Notes: generated from the sequence alone by a model not told the origin. A stretch of DNA of 64,000 nucleotides from Nitrospirota bacterium (GCA_963754875.1 CAVWHO010000014.1:131886-195885), one strand, 5' to 3'; counted from the stretch's first letter, positions 21,220 to 31,038 are shown. Numbers and translations: made by a program.

Positions 21220-22709
21220 ACGAGACATTAAGGGATATGATCTATTTTGCTATTGCTGGAATATTCGTAAAATTTTTAGGTGCATTTACATACTTTTTTG
21301 TAGCGAAGGTTCTGACTCCGGCTGATTATGGGGTATGGATAACTTTGACGTTGATTGGGTCATATTCGACGATTCTATGTCTTGGAACAGTAGAAACGCT
21401 GGTTAAGCAATATCCTTATTATATTGGCAGAAACGAAATCGATAATGCAAATATGATCGAGGATAGCGTTTTAGGCTCTATTGCTATCTCTGCTGTGTCA
21501 TTGATAATAATAGGATTCACTTTTTTATTATTTACAAGTAACGATGAAATCTTGCGCTTGGCATCTTATATTCGTCTTGTTATTTTTACAGGTGCAGTAG
21601 CCTTTTTCTCAGCCTTTTACTATTATCGGTTTATTGCACACCAAAACTTCAAGATTGTTAGTTTTATTAATATGGCCAGAGGAACCCTTTCATTTATTTT
21701 GCTTGTTATATTTTCATGGAAGTGGGGTTTGATTGGGGCAATAACGGGTTTCTTTTTAGGAGAACTGATCATTTCAGTCTTATCTTCCGTTCTCAGCCAC
21801 AAGTATTACGGAAAGTCCAGATTCAATTTTAATTTAAAACTTATATGGAATCTAATCAAAATAGGATTTCCGATCACTATAATTTGGTGGGTTTTTACTT
21901 TGCAGTCTACGGTTGATCGAGTTGTTTCTATGAGTATGTTAGGGAAGTCAGCCACAGGCTATTATGGTTTGGGTATGAGCATAGTGGCAACGCTTGTGCT
22001 GATTCCAGATGTGGTCGGCCAAGTTCTTTATCCAAAAATCAATGAGGGTGTGGGAAAGGCTATGGAACTCAAACAATTGTCATCACTAGTAATCATGCCT
22101 TCTCGTGCACTGAGCCTAGTTCTTCCCTTTTTTCTCGGTCTGGCAGTGTTGCTCTCCCCCATGGTATATAAAAATCTATTCCCAAAGTATTTACCGGGTT
22201 TGTTGTCAGCCCAAATATTATTTTTAGGATGCTTTTTTGTTTGTTTGATAAGAAATGGAGTGAACTATTTAATTGCTATAAATAAACAGAATAGATTACT
22301 CATATATGCTGGGGTCAGCCTTGGTATAAAAATCGTCATAAGCATTATACTCGTACGTGCCAATTTCGGGATAGAGGGCATAGCTTCAAGCACTGTAATA
22401 TCAAGTCTTATTTTAACATCAATGATTTGGCTATCCGTCTTCAAAAATATGGGATATTCTCTATTTGATCAACTAAAAGAGATCATTGTTTTATATTCAC
22501 CATTTGTGCTTTTAGTTCTGGTACTTGGTTCTTTGAGATTTACAACATCCAATTTATTTACTGATACGAGTATCGGTGCAGCATATAAATCGGTAATCTT
22601 TTTATTCTTATTTTTTGTTATCATATTTTATATGCCACCATTTAGTTTATGGGTGAAAGGCATCACACAAACGCTAAAAATTAAATTTGGAAAACAGGCA
22701 ATGATTTGA
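21216..22709 (+). CDS. Oligosaccharide flippase (Wzx-like)
   Basis: About 12-14 hydrophobic segments, LTPADYG, VDRV...LG....GYY; ATGA overlap with upstream gene. Confidence 0.85.
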   Translation: MNETLRDMIYFAIAGIFVKFLGAFTYFFVAKVLTPADYGVWITLTLIGSYSTILCLGTVETLVKQYPYYIGRNEIDNANMIEDSVLGSIAISAVSLIIIGFTFLLFTSNDEILRLASYIRLVIFTGAVAFFSAFYYYRFIAHQNFKIVSFINMARGTLSFILLVIFSWKWGLIGAITGFFLGELIISVLSSVLSHKYYGKSRFNFNLKLIWNLIKIGFPITIIWWVFTLQSTVDRVVSMSMLGKSATGYYGLGMSIVATLVLIPDVVGQVLYPKINEGVGKAMELKQLSSLVIMPSRALSLVLPFFLGLAVLLSPMVYKNLFPKYLPGLLSAQILFLGCFFVCLIRNGVNYLIAINKQNRLLIYAGVSLGIKIVISIILVRANFGIEGIASSTVISSLILTSMIWLSVFKNMGYSLFDQLKEIIVLYSPFVLLVLVLGSLRFTTSNLFTDTSIGAAYKSVIFLFLFFVIIFYMPPFSLWVKGITQTLKIKFGKQAMI

Positions 22710-23039
22710 TGAATGATGAAACAAGTCTTTCTTCTCGGATGCTGAGCCAATCAGATCCTTTGCTGGTTGTCATTAATGTTCTAACATCCATCATGTAAAT
22801 CCAGTTGGTTATCATCACTAGACGTAGTCTCGTGATAGTCGATGTACGAAGAGTTCAAACGAGTATTCTCTCCACTGCGGGCCTCCAGGAGGATCAAGCA
22901 GAGAAGCTATTATGAGCTAAGGGAACTTTTTTTAAATAAAAAACTCCTCTCGTAGCAAGACCATATAACTATACGCAAAATATTTCTTCTGTCCTGAAAA
23001 AAGTAATCAAAAAATAGCACCTTTAACCGAAGCCTAATT

Positions 23040-23993
23040 TTGCATACGTCAGAAAAAATATTCTATATTATTCAATACTCATTTATATTATTTGCAGTCG
23101 CCATAATTTTAATAAAAGTTTATTATTCCTTAAAAAAGAAAAGCCATGGCAAGCTTCTGAACTTATCAATGGTTCTGACTGCCCTGGGGTTGCTGGTTCT
23201 ATTGGACATGTATTTGATAGAGCCGAACTGGATCAAGACCGAGCGGGTGGTGATCAGTGACCCGGAACTTGCACAGATTATGGAGGGAACGAAGGTAGTT
23301 CAGATATCCGATGTTCATCTCAAAAAGATCGGATTCAGGGAAAAGGAGCTTATAGAGAAGGTCAATGATCTTAAGCCGGACATTCTCTTCATCACCGGCG
23401 ATTTCTTCAGCAGTGTGAAGGACAAGGATGCGGATGACCAATACCGGGCAATATTCGATCTCGTAAAAAGCTTCAAGGTATCCATCGGTATTTATGGCGT
23501 GCTCGGGAATTATGACGATTATTTAATCCGCTATCCGGAACGATTAAAAGAATTAAGAAGTGCAGGTATTGATATTCTTCATGACGAAAACAGAAAGGTC
23601 CTTCTTTCAAACGACAAAATGTTTTGGCTGGCAGGTTCTTCTTATGATTCCTACCATGATAATACGAGTTCATTCAAAAACGCCCTTGAGTCAATCCCGC
23701 CCAAGGCCCCGGTTATTTTGTTAAACCATTATCCCGATGTTTTCGAAAAAGCAGTCAATGCGGAAATAAATCTTGTGCTCGTAGGCCATACTCATGGCGG
23801 ACAAATAGGGGTCCCTTTCCTTATCCATATTTCACATTATGCTAACAAATCAAGATTCATGAGCGGACTGTTCAGTTCGGGGAAGACACAGATGTACGTT
23901 AACCGGGGGATCGGCACGACAGTTTTCCCTGTCCGGTTTCTTTGCCGGCCGGAAATTACGGTCTTTGATTTTCGAGCAGAACCTGCATTGTGA
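23040..23993 (+). CDS. Membrane-anchored metallophosphoesterase (YkuE-like)
   Basis: QISDVH, TGDF, LGNYD, GHTHGGQ, VNRGIG. Confidence 0.88.
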   Translation: MHTSEKIFYIIQYSFILFAVAIILIKVYYSLKKKSHGKLLNLSMVLTALGLLVLLDMYLIEPNWIKTERVVISDPELAQIMEGTKVVQISDVHLKKIGFREKELIEKVNDLKPDILFITGDFFSSVKDKDADDQYRAIFDLVKSFKVSIGIYGVLGNYDDYLIRYPERLKELRSAGIDILHDENRKVLLSNDKMFWLAGSSYDSYHDNTSSFKNALESIPPKAPVILLNHYPDVFEKAVNAEINLVLVGHTHGGQIGVPFLIHISHYANKSRFMSGLFSSGKTQMYVNRGIGTTVFPVRFLCRPEITVFDFRAEPAL

Positions 23994-24072
23994 TGCGCGG
24001 GAGACAGGGCGCCCCTGACAGAACTTTATTTTGTAACCTTTAATAAATTCTTCAAATCAGTGCCCCGATATT

Positions 24073-24987
24073 ATGGATACAATAGAATCGACACAAGATG
24101 AGCAGAACAACGGCTGGCTGTTCCTGGGTTTTACTATTTTATTTATGCTGGCGTTCTACAAGCCGCTGTGGGACCTCGTGGTGACTTCCTATCGGAGTGA
24201 TACCTTTTCCTATATTCCATTCATCCCGCTCCTCAGCGTATATGTCCTGAATATCGACAAACGAGAAATTTTTTCACAGAAAAAAACGTTATCTTTAGTC
24301 GGGCTTATCCCCATAAGCATCGGTATCGTGATGGTATTCTTCACAAGAAAACTTACAACTTCACTCGATCATAATGACTATCTTTCGCTCATAACGTTAT
24401 CAATGGTGCTGATCTGGTTCGGCGGGTTCGGGCTCTGCTACGGGTTGCGATCGTTGCGGGTTGCGGCCTTTCCTCTACTGTTTCTTTTCTTCATGGTGCC
24501 GATTCCGGCTGCTGCGTTGGACAAGATCATTTCAGTTCTCCAAACCGGCTCAACTATGGTTGCCGACGGGTTCTTTAAGGTTGCACGCATCCCGACAGTG
24601 AGGGAAGGATTCGTATTCCATTTTCAAACTATCAATATCGAAGTCGCAAAGGAATGCAGCGGCATCAGGTCGGCCCTCTCCCTGTTGATTATAGGCCTCA
24701 TGGCAGGTCATTTCTATCTCAGGACGGGATGGACGAAGTTTATTTTGTTCCTATTGCTTGTGCCCATTGCGGTCGTCAAGAACGGGTTCAGGATCGCTGT
24801 CTTGTCTATTCTCGGCGTGTACGTGGATAAACGGATCCTCGGAAGCGAGCTGCACAGGAACGGCGGCATCCTCTTCTTTGTCCTCGCCCTTCTCCTCCTT
24901 GGGGCGGTCATTGCGCTGCTCAGAAAAGCGGAAGGAAGGCGGCAAGTCGGAAATGGTCCGCAGTTCCTCGCAGAAAAGAAAAAATAA
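24073..24987 (+). CDS. Exosortase (exosortase/archaeosortase family; no EpsI domain)
   Basis: Multi-TM; FMVPIP, EVAKECSGIRS (catalytic Cys), NGFRI (Arg), LH..GG (His). Confidence 0.92.
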   Translation: MDTIESTQDEQNNGWLFLGFTILFMLAFYKPLWDLVVTSYRSDTFSYIPFIPLLSVYVLNIDKREIFSQKKTLSLVGLIPISIGIVMVFFTRKLTTSLDHNDYLSLITLSMVLIWFGGFGLCYGLRSLRVAAFPLLFLFFMVPIPAAALDKIISVLQTGSTMVADGFFKVARIPTVREGFVFHFQTINIEVAKECSGIRSALSLLIIGLMAGHFYLRTGWTKFILFLLLVPIAVVKNGFRIAVLSILGVYVDKRILGSELHRNGGILFFVLALLLLGAVIALLRKAEGRRQVGNGPQFLAEKKK

Positions 24988-25012
24988 ATCATCTACTTTT
25001 TGAGCATTTGCC

Positions 25013-25184
25013 GGTTCAATCATCCTGATTGAACCCATATATTAATACAAACGAAATAATAATTGTTACATTCCTACGGAATCCCCCTCTCCCCGCTGGG
25101 GAGAGGACAAAGGTGAGGGGCAAAAGCTGTAACAAAGGAAAAGGCGTTTGTATTAGTGCTCGGATCAATCTGCAAGATTGAACC
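25013..25184. repeat. MITE-like nested inverted-repeat element, copy 1
   Basis: Outer GGTTCAATC-N5-GATTGAACC palindromes in inverted orientation, inner TAATACAAACG/CGTTTGTATTA, central REP-like hairpin. Core matches the reverse complement of 49607-49747. Confidence 0.75.
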
Positions 25185-25235
25185 AGCCATGAGAGATTCG
25201 GGAAAAATTGACGTTCCGCAAGTAAGGAGGCTCCA

Positions 25236-26543
25236 ATGAATCTGCTGGAAAAAATTAACAACCGCAACGCCATGATCGGCGTTATCGGCCTCGGCTACGT
25301 GGGGCTCCCTCTGGCCATTCAGTTCGTGAAGTCGGGGTTCAAGACCACGGGGTTCGACATCGACAAAACCAAGGTGAACGACCTGAAGGAGGGAAGGACG
25401 TACATCAGACACATTCCCGATGAGGAAGTTCGGATCCTGAAGAACAGCCACGGGTTCAAGGCCACGACGAATTTCGCGCTCCTGAAGGACACGGACTGCG
25501 TCATCATCTGCGTCCCGACGCCGCTTGGCAAGCACCATGAACCGGACCTCTCGTATGTACTGGACACGACGAGTGAGGTCGCTAAGCACCTTCACCGGGA
25601 CCAGCTCATTGTGCTCGAGTCCACGACCTACCCGGGCACCACGGACACGGAGATGCGTGGGATCCTGGAGGCAACGGGCATGATCGCGGGCAAGGACTTC
25701 TATCTCGCTTTCTCGCCGGAGCGCGAGGACCCGAACAACCAGCATTTTTCAACCTCGACGATACCGAAGATCGTGGGCGGGTATACGGAAAACTGCCTCA
25801 AGGCGGCGGACGCCCTCTATCGCACGATCGTGACGACGACCGTGCCGGTTTCTTCCACCCGGGTCGCGGAAGCGGCCAAGCTCCTGGAGAACATCTACCG
25901 GGCGGTGAACATCGCGATGGTGAACGAGCTGAAGGTCCTCTTCGACAGGATGGACATTGACGTGTACGAGGTGATCGAGGCGGCCAAGACCAAGCCCTTC
26001 GGGTTCCAGGCCTTTTATCCCGGTCCGGGCCTGGGCGGCCACTGCATACCCATCGACCCGTTCTATCTCACCTGGAAGGCGCGGGAATACGATTTCCACA
26101 CGAAGTTTATCGAGCTGGCAGGGGAGATCAATACGTCCATGCCCTATTACGTCGTGGATAAGGTGATCAACGCGCTGCAGACGAAGAAGAAGACCCTGCC
26201 TTCGTCGAAAATCCTCGTCCTCGGTCTGGCCTACAAGAAGGACATCGACGACACGCGCGAGTCGCCGTCCCTGAAGATCATCGACCTGTTGGAGGAGAAG
26301 GGCGGCCAGGTCGATTTCAACGACCCCTACATTCCGCATACGAAAAAGATGCGGAAGTACGACATGAAGAAGGACTCGGTCCCGCTCACGGAAAAGACGC
26401 TCAAGAATTACGACTGCGTCGTGGTGGCGACCGACCACTCGTGCTATGATTATGAGTTCATTCTCAAACACTCTTCGCTGGTCGTGGACACGCGGAATGC
26501 CGCGAACGGATGCAAGCATAACGGCAATTTGTTTAAGGCATAA
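25236..26543 (+). CDS. UDP-N-acetylhexosamine 6-dehydrogenase (WbpA/WecC-like)
   Basis: GLGYVGLPLA, CVPTP, ESTTYPGTT, SPEREDP, GLGGHCIPIDP. Confidence 0.93.
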   Translation: MNLLEKINNRNAMIGVIGLGYVGLPLAIQFVKSGFKTTGFDIDKTKVNDLKEGRTYIRHIPDEEVRILKNSHGFKATTNFALLKDTDCVIICVPTPLGKHHEPDLSYVLDTTSEVAKHLHRDQLIVLESTTYPGTTDTEMRGILEATGMIAGKDFYLAFSPEREDPNNQHFSTSTIPKIVGGYTENCLKAADALYRTIVTTTVPVSSTRVAEAAKLLENIYRAVNIAMVNELKVLFDRMDIDVYEVIEAAKTKPFGFQAFYPGPGLGGHCIPIDPFYLTWKAREYDFHTKFIELAGEINTSMPYYVVDKVINALQTKKKTLPSSKILVLGLAYKKDIDDTRESPSLKIIDLLEEKGGQVDFNDPYIPHTKKMRKYDMKKDSVPLTEKTLKNYDCVVVATDHSCYDYEFILKHSSLVVDTRNAANGCKHNGNLFKA

Positions 26544-26623
26544 AGGGCGCTTACCGGGAGAATGAGCGGGCTGGGAAAGGATAAGAAAAATCCGCGAACA
26601 GGAAGCTCGTATTATTATGCTAT

Positions 26624-26844
26624 TAACTTGACCATCCGGGGCCGCCTATGCTATTCTCCTGCTCAAGTCGTCAGCCTTAGATTGGGCCTGGTATTCAGTA
26701 TGTTCTCAGTTGTTTTGGTGACCGCAAAAGGCGGCCTGGAACGTGTAGAGGAGCTTGTTTTTTGCCGCAAACAAAGTTGACTTGATATCAATGGGGAAGA
26801 GTTTTCTTGCAGCGAATGAAGTTCAGGGGCAAAAGGAGAACCAT
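26624..26844 (+). promoter_or_regulatory. Putative promoter/leader of PEP-CTERM gene 1
   Basis: TTGACC...TGcTATTCT; sequence blocks shared with 29742-29982; AAGGAG RBS. Confidence 0.5.
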
Positions 26845-27060
26845 ATGAAAAGGTATTATGAAATCGGTCTCATGGGCTGCTTCTTTATGTTGGCATTGAC
26901 AGATTTGTCATTTGCTACAGGGATTCCTTGCGACAACCCTGTAGTAGCGTTACATAATCCAAACTGCCGTGCGCCGGAGCCGGGGATGCTTACGCTTCTG
27001 AGCTCAGGATTGGCAGGGATCGGACTGCTCGGATTTTTCAAGAGCAAAAAGCCAAAATAG
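26845..27060 (+). CDS. Very small PEP-CTERM protein (71 aa)
   Basis: AAGGAG RBS, signal peptide, APEPG + TM helix + KSKKPK. Confidence 0.85.
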   Translation: MKRYYEIGLMGCFFMLALTDLSFATGIPCDNPVVALHNPNCRAPEPGMLTLLSSGLAGIGLLGFFKSKKPK

Positions 27061-27207
27061 AGCCGGGAAACCCAAGACGCAGGTGGTTTCTTCTCCGAGA
27101 ACCGTCTCGCCAGATTGCGAGCAGGGATGGTGATATTTTTTTATCATCATCTGTGCACGTTGACATCTGGAGGAGGACGGTTTTTTTTGCCTTCGTTTTA
27201 CTAAGGA

Positions 27208-27870
27208 GTGTCCATGGGAAAGCCTGAAACAGGCAGACATGAGGTCCTTTTAAGACGATTTCTCGTCCTCCTCCTGGCCGTCAGCGTTCTTACGAACCTC
27301 ATCCTTATCACGAAACTCAAGTTTCCCGATATTCTCCACAAGATCCAGATCGCTTTCATCTCCGCGCCTGATGTCGGGCCCACAGACCATATTCGCGGCA
27401 ATCCCAAGGCGAAATATACGGTCATCGAGTACTCGGATTTTCAGTGCCCCTATTGTGCTCAGTTTCACGAGTCTATGAGCGCTGTCATGAAGCAAGCAGA
27501 CGTGCGGTGGGTGTTCCGCCACTTTCCGCTTCCGATGCATCCTTTCGCGCAGAAGGCCGCCGAGGCCTCGGAGTGTGCAGGCGAGCAGGGGAAGTTCTGG
27601 GAATACAGCGACGCACTCTTCGCTCTCAAAGGTAATCTGACGGACGCGACGTTCGGTAAACTGGCGCAGGACCTGAAACTGGACATTAATTCCTTCAGCA
27701 TCTGTGTGAGTGGCGGCAAGTATGCTGCCGTTGTCGCGGCCCAGCGTGAGAGCGGCGTGAAGAAAAAGATCCGTGGCACGCCGACTTTCTGGCTGAACGG
27801 GAAACGCTTTGAGGGGGGCGTTCCGCTCGATGAACTCAGGAAGATGGTTGGCGTGGTACCCAAAATGTAA
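27208..27870 (+). CDS. DsbA-family thiol-disulfide oxidoreductase
   Basis: EYSDFQCPYC, RHFPL, GTPTF; N-terminal TM. Confidence 0.9.
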   Translation: MSMGKPETGRHEVLLRRFLVLLLAVSVLTNLILITKLKFPDILHKIQIAFISAPDVGPTDHIRGNPKAKYTVIEYSDFQCPYCAQFHESMSAVMKQADVRWVFRHFPLPMHPFAQKAAEASECAGEQGKFWEYSDALFALKGNLTDATFGKLAQDLKLDINSFSICVSGGKYAAVVAAQRESGVKKKIRGTPTFWLNGKRFEGGVPLDELRKMVGVVPKM

Positions 27871-27924
27871 AAAAGTTAGACCTCTTTTAAGGATAGTGTC
27901 GACCTCAACTACCCGCCTGATGTT

Positions 27925-28803
27925 TTATCGACCCCCTGCTATTTTATACAGCGTAGTCAAGGAACCACTTGTTTCTATATAATTATCCCGGGCCTCGGAA
28001 AGAAAGCGCTTCAAAACTACTTTGGCATTCAGGCGCAGATGCGACGGGTATGGCTTAGCGCATTGACCGGCGTTGCAAGCTTTGTATCCCAAATAGTGCT
28101 CGGCAATGTTTAACAAGGATGTCCACCTGATATTTCCCAAGCCATTGATCCAATCGACTAAGTCGGTAACTGTTTTGTATCCGTTCCTGAATGCCCCGTG
28201 GTGTTCAACAATAATGATCGGACGGCCCGATGACAAGTCCTGGACGAAATAGGACTTGTCCTTTGGATACCGCCTTAAAAACAGCGGGAAATCGCGATAT
28301 ATTGTTGTGGCGGGGCGTTGGTATTCGATAGCCGGGACATCATCTCCGTCAGTCGTCTGAAGGCGCGAGTTAAACGCCGCAAAGTAGCCCTGATCTTTAA
28401 GCGCTTGCATTGCAACTGAAGAGAAACGGCCCCGTGGAAAAACGATCACCGGATCGTACGGCAAACCTGTAAGCTTCTTGTGCTGCTCCATGCGCCACAA
28501 AGCCGTGGCTGACAAGGATTTCAGCGCGTTGTAGTCCCCGCCCCCAAATTCGTTGCCCATATGATTGCATCCATGCACGCACATAGCATAGTAGTTTGGG
28601 TTTTCAGCGAAGAGTTGCACCGTCTTCGCCTCGCTTCTTTTGTAATTCCAGGGGATAAAAGCAATTTCGGTAAAGAAATTATGGGTCTTCATCTCCTCCA
28701 GAAGTTTTTCGTAGTCAAGGCAGCCGTATTGAGGCGTGAGAAGCGCGTCGTCAATGATGAGGCAGGCTAATGTTTCAGAGGCGTTTTGCGCATTTGTAGT
28801 CAT
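27925..28803 (-). CDS. Hypothetical protein, polysaccharide-deacetylase-like
   Basis: LIIDD, CVHGCNH...EF, VFP.G.FS. Confidence 0.55.
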   Translation of the reverse strand: MTTNAQNASETLACLIIDDALLTPQYGCLDYEKLLEEMKTHNFFTEIAFIPWNYKRSEAKTVQLFAENPNYYAMCVHGCNHMGNEFGGGDYNALKSLSATALWRMEQHKKLTGLPYDPVIVFPRGRFSSVAMQALKDQGYFAAFNSRLQTTDGDDVPAIEYQRPATTIYRDFPLFLRRYPKDKSYFVQDLSSGRPIIIVEHHGAFRNGYKTVTDLVDWINGLGNIRWTSLLNIAEHYLGYKACNAGQCAKPYPSHLRLNAKVVLKRFLSEARDNYIETSGSLTTLYKIAGGR

Positions 28804-28832
28804 TAGCTGAACCTGTACGGCCCGACATTATT

Positions 28833-29348
28833 TTAATCCCCGAATCTTTTCGATCTGCTTTTCAGCGGTTTCATCCCGCCGAGAAATTCCTTCATAGTCA
28901 CTCTGTCGGTAAACGGGACCTGCACCTCTGCTACGGGCCGTGAAGGTGCGGGAGCAACCATTATTCCGGGGGGCACACTTTTTGTAATTACTGAGCCGGC
29001 ACTGATGACTGCTCCTTCTCCTATTCTGATTACCCGTCCAACGGAAGTACAAATGATCGAGCCCGGCCCTACAAATGAATCTTTCTCCAGGATGACTTTT
29101 CCCGGGCCTCTCGTATGGGCTACAATAGTCACCCTCATACTGATGCTGACATTCTCGTGGAGTTCAACGCATTCCGGGTACTCGTTGTCGATATAAACAT
29201 CGTCTCCAATGAACACCGGTCTCTTTATAGAAACGCCCCTCAGACGATGCAACCATGGCCGCACAGAGGTCGAACCTGGGACCTGTCGCGCAATCCAGTG
29301 CAAAAGTCTTCCAAAGATCCGTTGAAGAACACATTTTTTCATTGTCAT
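28833..29348 (-). CDS. Hexapeptide-repeat acyltransferase
   Basis: LRGVSI..VFIG, IGEGAVISAGSVITKSVPP. Confidence 0.8.
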   Translation of the reverse strand: MTMKKCVLQRIFGRLLHWIARQVPGSTSVRPWLHRLRGVSIKRPVFIGDDVYIDNEYPECVELHENVSISMRVTIVAHTRGPGKVILEKDSFVGPGSIICTSVGRVIRIGEGAVISAGSVITKSVPPGIMVAPAPSRPVAEVQVPFTDRVTMKEFLGGMKPLKSRSKRFGD

Positions 29349-29549
29349 TGCACAATTGCATCTGCCCGGGAATACGCGGTTCCATTCATAGAGAGATTAT
29401 TAATGGTTCGAGAATTGCCGCTCTTCTATCGATATAGGGCCCATCAGATCCCGACAATACAGCAAGAAAAAGAGTGTGCGCACTCTTTTGCCGACTTGAC
29501 TATTATTATATCAAAGCACAAGCAAAAAAATGGGACAAGATAACATAAT

Positions 29550-29636
29550 AAGCTCATACTTGAGCACGCTTCGCTGATCACGAAAAGACAACGCGCGAAC
29601 GGATGTAAGCATAATGGCAATTTAGTGAAGGCATGA
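29550..29636 (+). pseudogene. Relic copy of the dehydrogenase 3' end
   Basis: Reads KLILEHASLITKRQRANGCKHNGNLVKA*, versus EFILKHSSLVVDTRNAANGCKHNGNLFKA* at the end of 25236-26543. Confidence 0.85.
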
Positions 29637-29741
29637 AAGGGTTCCCAATATGCGAGCAATGCAACCGCAAAAGACGAGCCGGAAGTAGCAAAAGATTTAT
29701 TAAAATCTAAGAAAGTAACATCTGATTACTCATTTGTTAAG

Positions 29742-29982
29742 TTAACTTGACTATGCAAATTCAATATGCTAAGGTTGTAAATATAAAGGATTTAATCCAA
29801 AGAAAACCGAGCAATAGTGGAAGCGATTTCAGCTTTTGTGGTGACCGCGAAAAGAGGGCAGGGTCTACAGAGGAGTCGGCTTTAACCAACACCATATGAC
29901 TTGCATCTGAATGGGATGCAAAGTTATTTCCATACGAGCTTCAGGACATTGGATGAAAATACACACAGAAAGGAGAACCTCC
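29742..29982 (+). promoter_or_regulatory. Putative promoter/leader of PEP-CTERM gene 2
   Basis: TTAACTTGACTAT...TATGCTA, TGGTGACCGCGAAAAG, AGAGGAG, TGACTTG, AAAGGAGAACC, all with counterparts in the first leader. Confidence 0.5.
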
Positions 29983-30228
29983 ATGAAAAAGTATTTAGGA
30001 AGTAGTCTCATGCTCGGTGTGTTTTTGCTGGTGTTGGCAGTCATGCCGCTGCAGTCGGCATATGCCTTCGGCTTCAAGGGCAACGGTCCCGACTATGACA
30101 AGAAGGACAATTACAAGAAGGATTGCAAGACCACCTCGGTGCCGGAGCCCGCAACGCTTGCCCTCTTAAGTTCGAGTATCGCGGGAGTCGGTGTATACGG
30201 CCTTATCAGGAGAAAGAACCGCAAATAG
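29983..30228 (+). CDS. Very small PEP-CTERM protein (81 aa)
   Basis: RBS, signal peptide ending AYA, VPEPATLALL + TM + RRKNRK. Confidence 0.9.
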   Translation: MKKYLGSSLMLGVFLLVLAVMPLQSAYAFGFKGNGPDYDKKDNYKKDCKTTSVPEPATLALLSSSIAGVGVYGLIRRKNRK

Positions 30229-30588
30229 AAACGAGTATTTCGTAGCGCTCCCGGTTTTTTCCACATAACCGTCCCGGCAGGTCAGGAGCTGGGACGGTGA
30301 AGGGATGTTTTTCCCCATCATGTACAGTACGTATGAGTGTTGGAGTATGATGAATTTTTCTGCGTACGCTTCCCATAATATCGCTCAATAATAACTTCCT
30401 TGCCTCCCCCAGCCCGTACTCAAGCCCAACTTCGTTTTATCCTCCCTCCAAATTGCCCAAGCCATATAAGACCGGATTCAAGGCACGCTTGATTTCCTTG
30501 CCGATTCTATCAAGACAACAGCATTATTGCCTGAGGAGCAATCTTCGCCCCTCTCCCCTGAAGAACAAGAGAGTTTTCATTTAAGGCT

Positions 30589-31038
30589 CATCTCCTTCTT
30601 GAGTGGGTCGAAAAGACAGTTGATGTCAACGAGACAACACGCTTCTAGCTGCTTCACTTGGTCGCTTGTGGATTTTTTTGCACATCCCTTTCGCGTCCTG
30701 AATGAAATTTCTGACCCGTCTAAGGCCACGTCCGCTCGCCCGCGCAAACTCGGCCTGCGGCCTCAGACATGCGCGTTCGTCCTTCGGAACGCTGCCTTAG
30801 GCCTTGACGGGTGCCCAGAAATTTCATAGGGCCGCTCCAGGGACGTGCGGGGTTTGGGGTAAACCCCATGCGAAGATCCAGGCAGGCGACCGAGTCCGAG
30901 GGTGAAGCATTTCGGACTGTCTGAGCCCTAAGGGCGAGTTTCCGAAATGTACCGAGGACTACCGAGCATGCCGTAAAGGATATTCGCCGGGTGCCCTTCT
31001 TTGGGTCACCTTTCTTGGGCACGCAAGAAAGGTGACAA
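30589..31038. repeat. ~450 bp structured dispersed repeat, copy 2
   Basis: Aligns along its full length to 2714-3162. Confidence 0.95.

Noticed and set aside
26700..26800. PEP-CTERM leader as a c-di-GMP riboswitch
   Set aside because: It lacks recognisable class I or class II consensus elements; kept only as an unknown motif.
30481..30500. AGGCACG as a sigma-54 promoter
   Set aside because: No correctly spaced -12 TGC and no suitable downstream gene.
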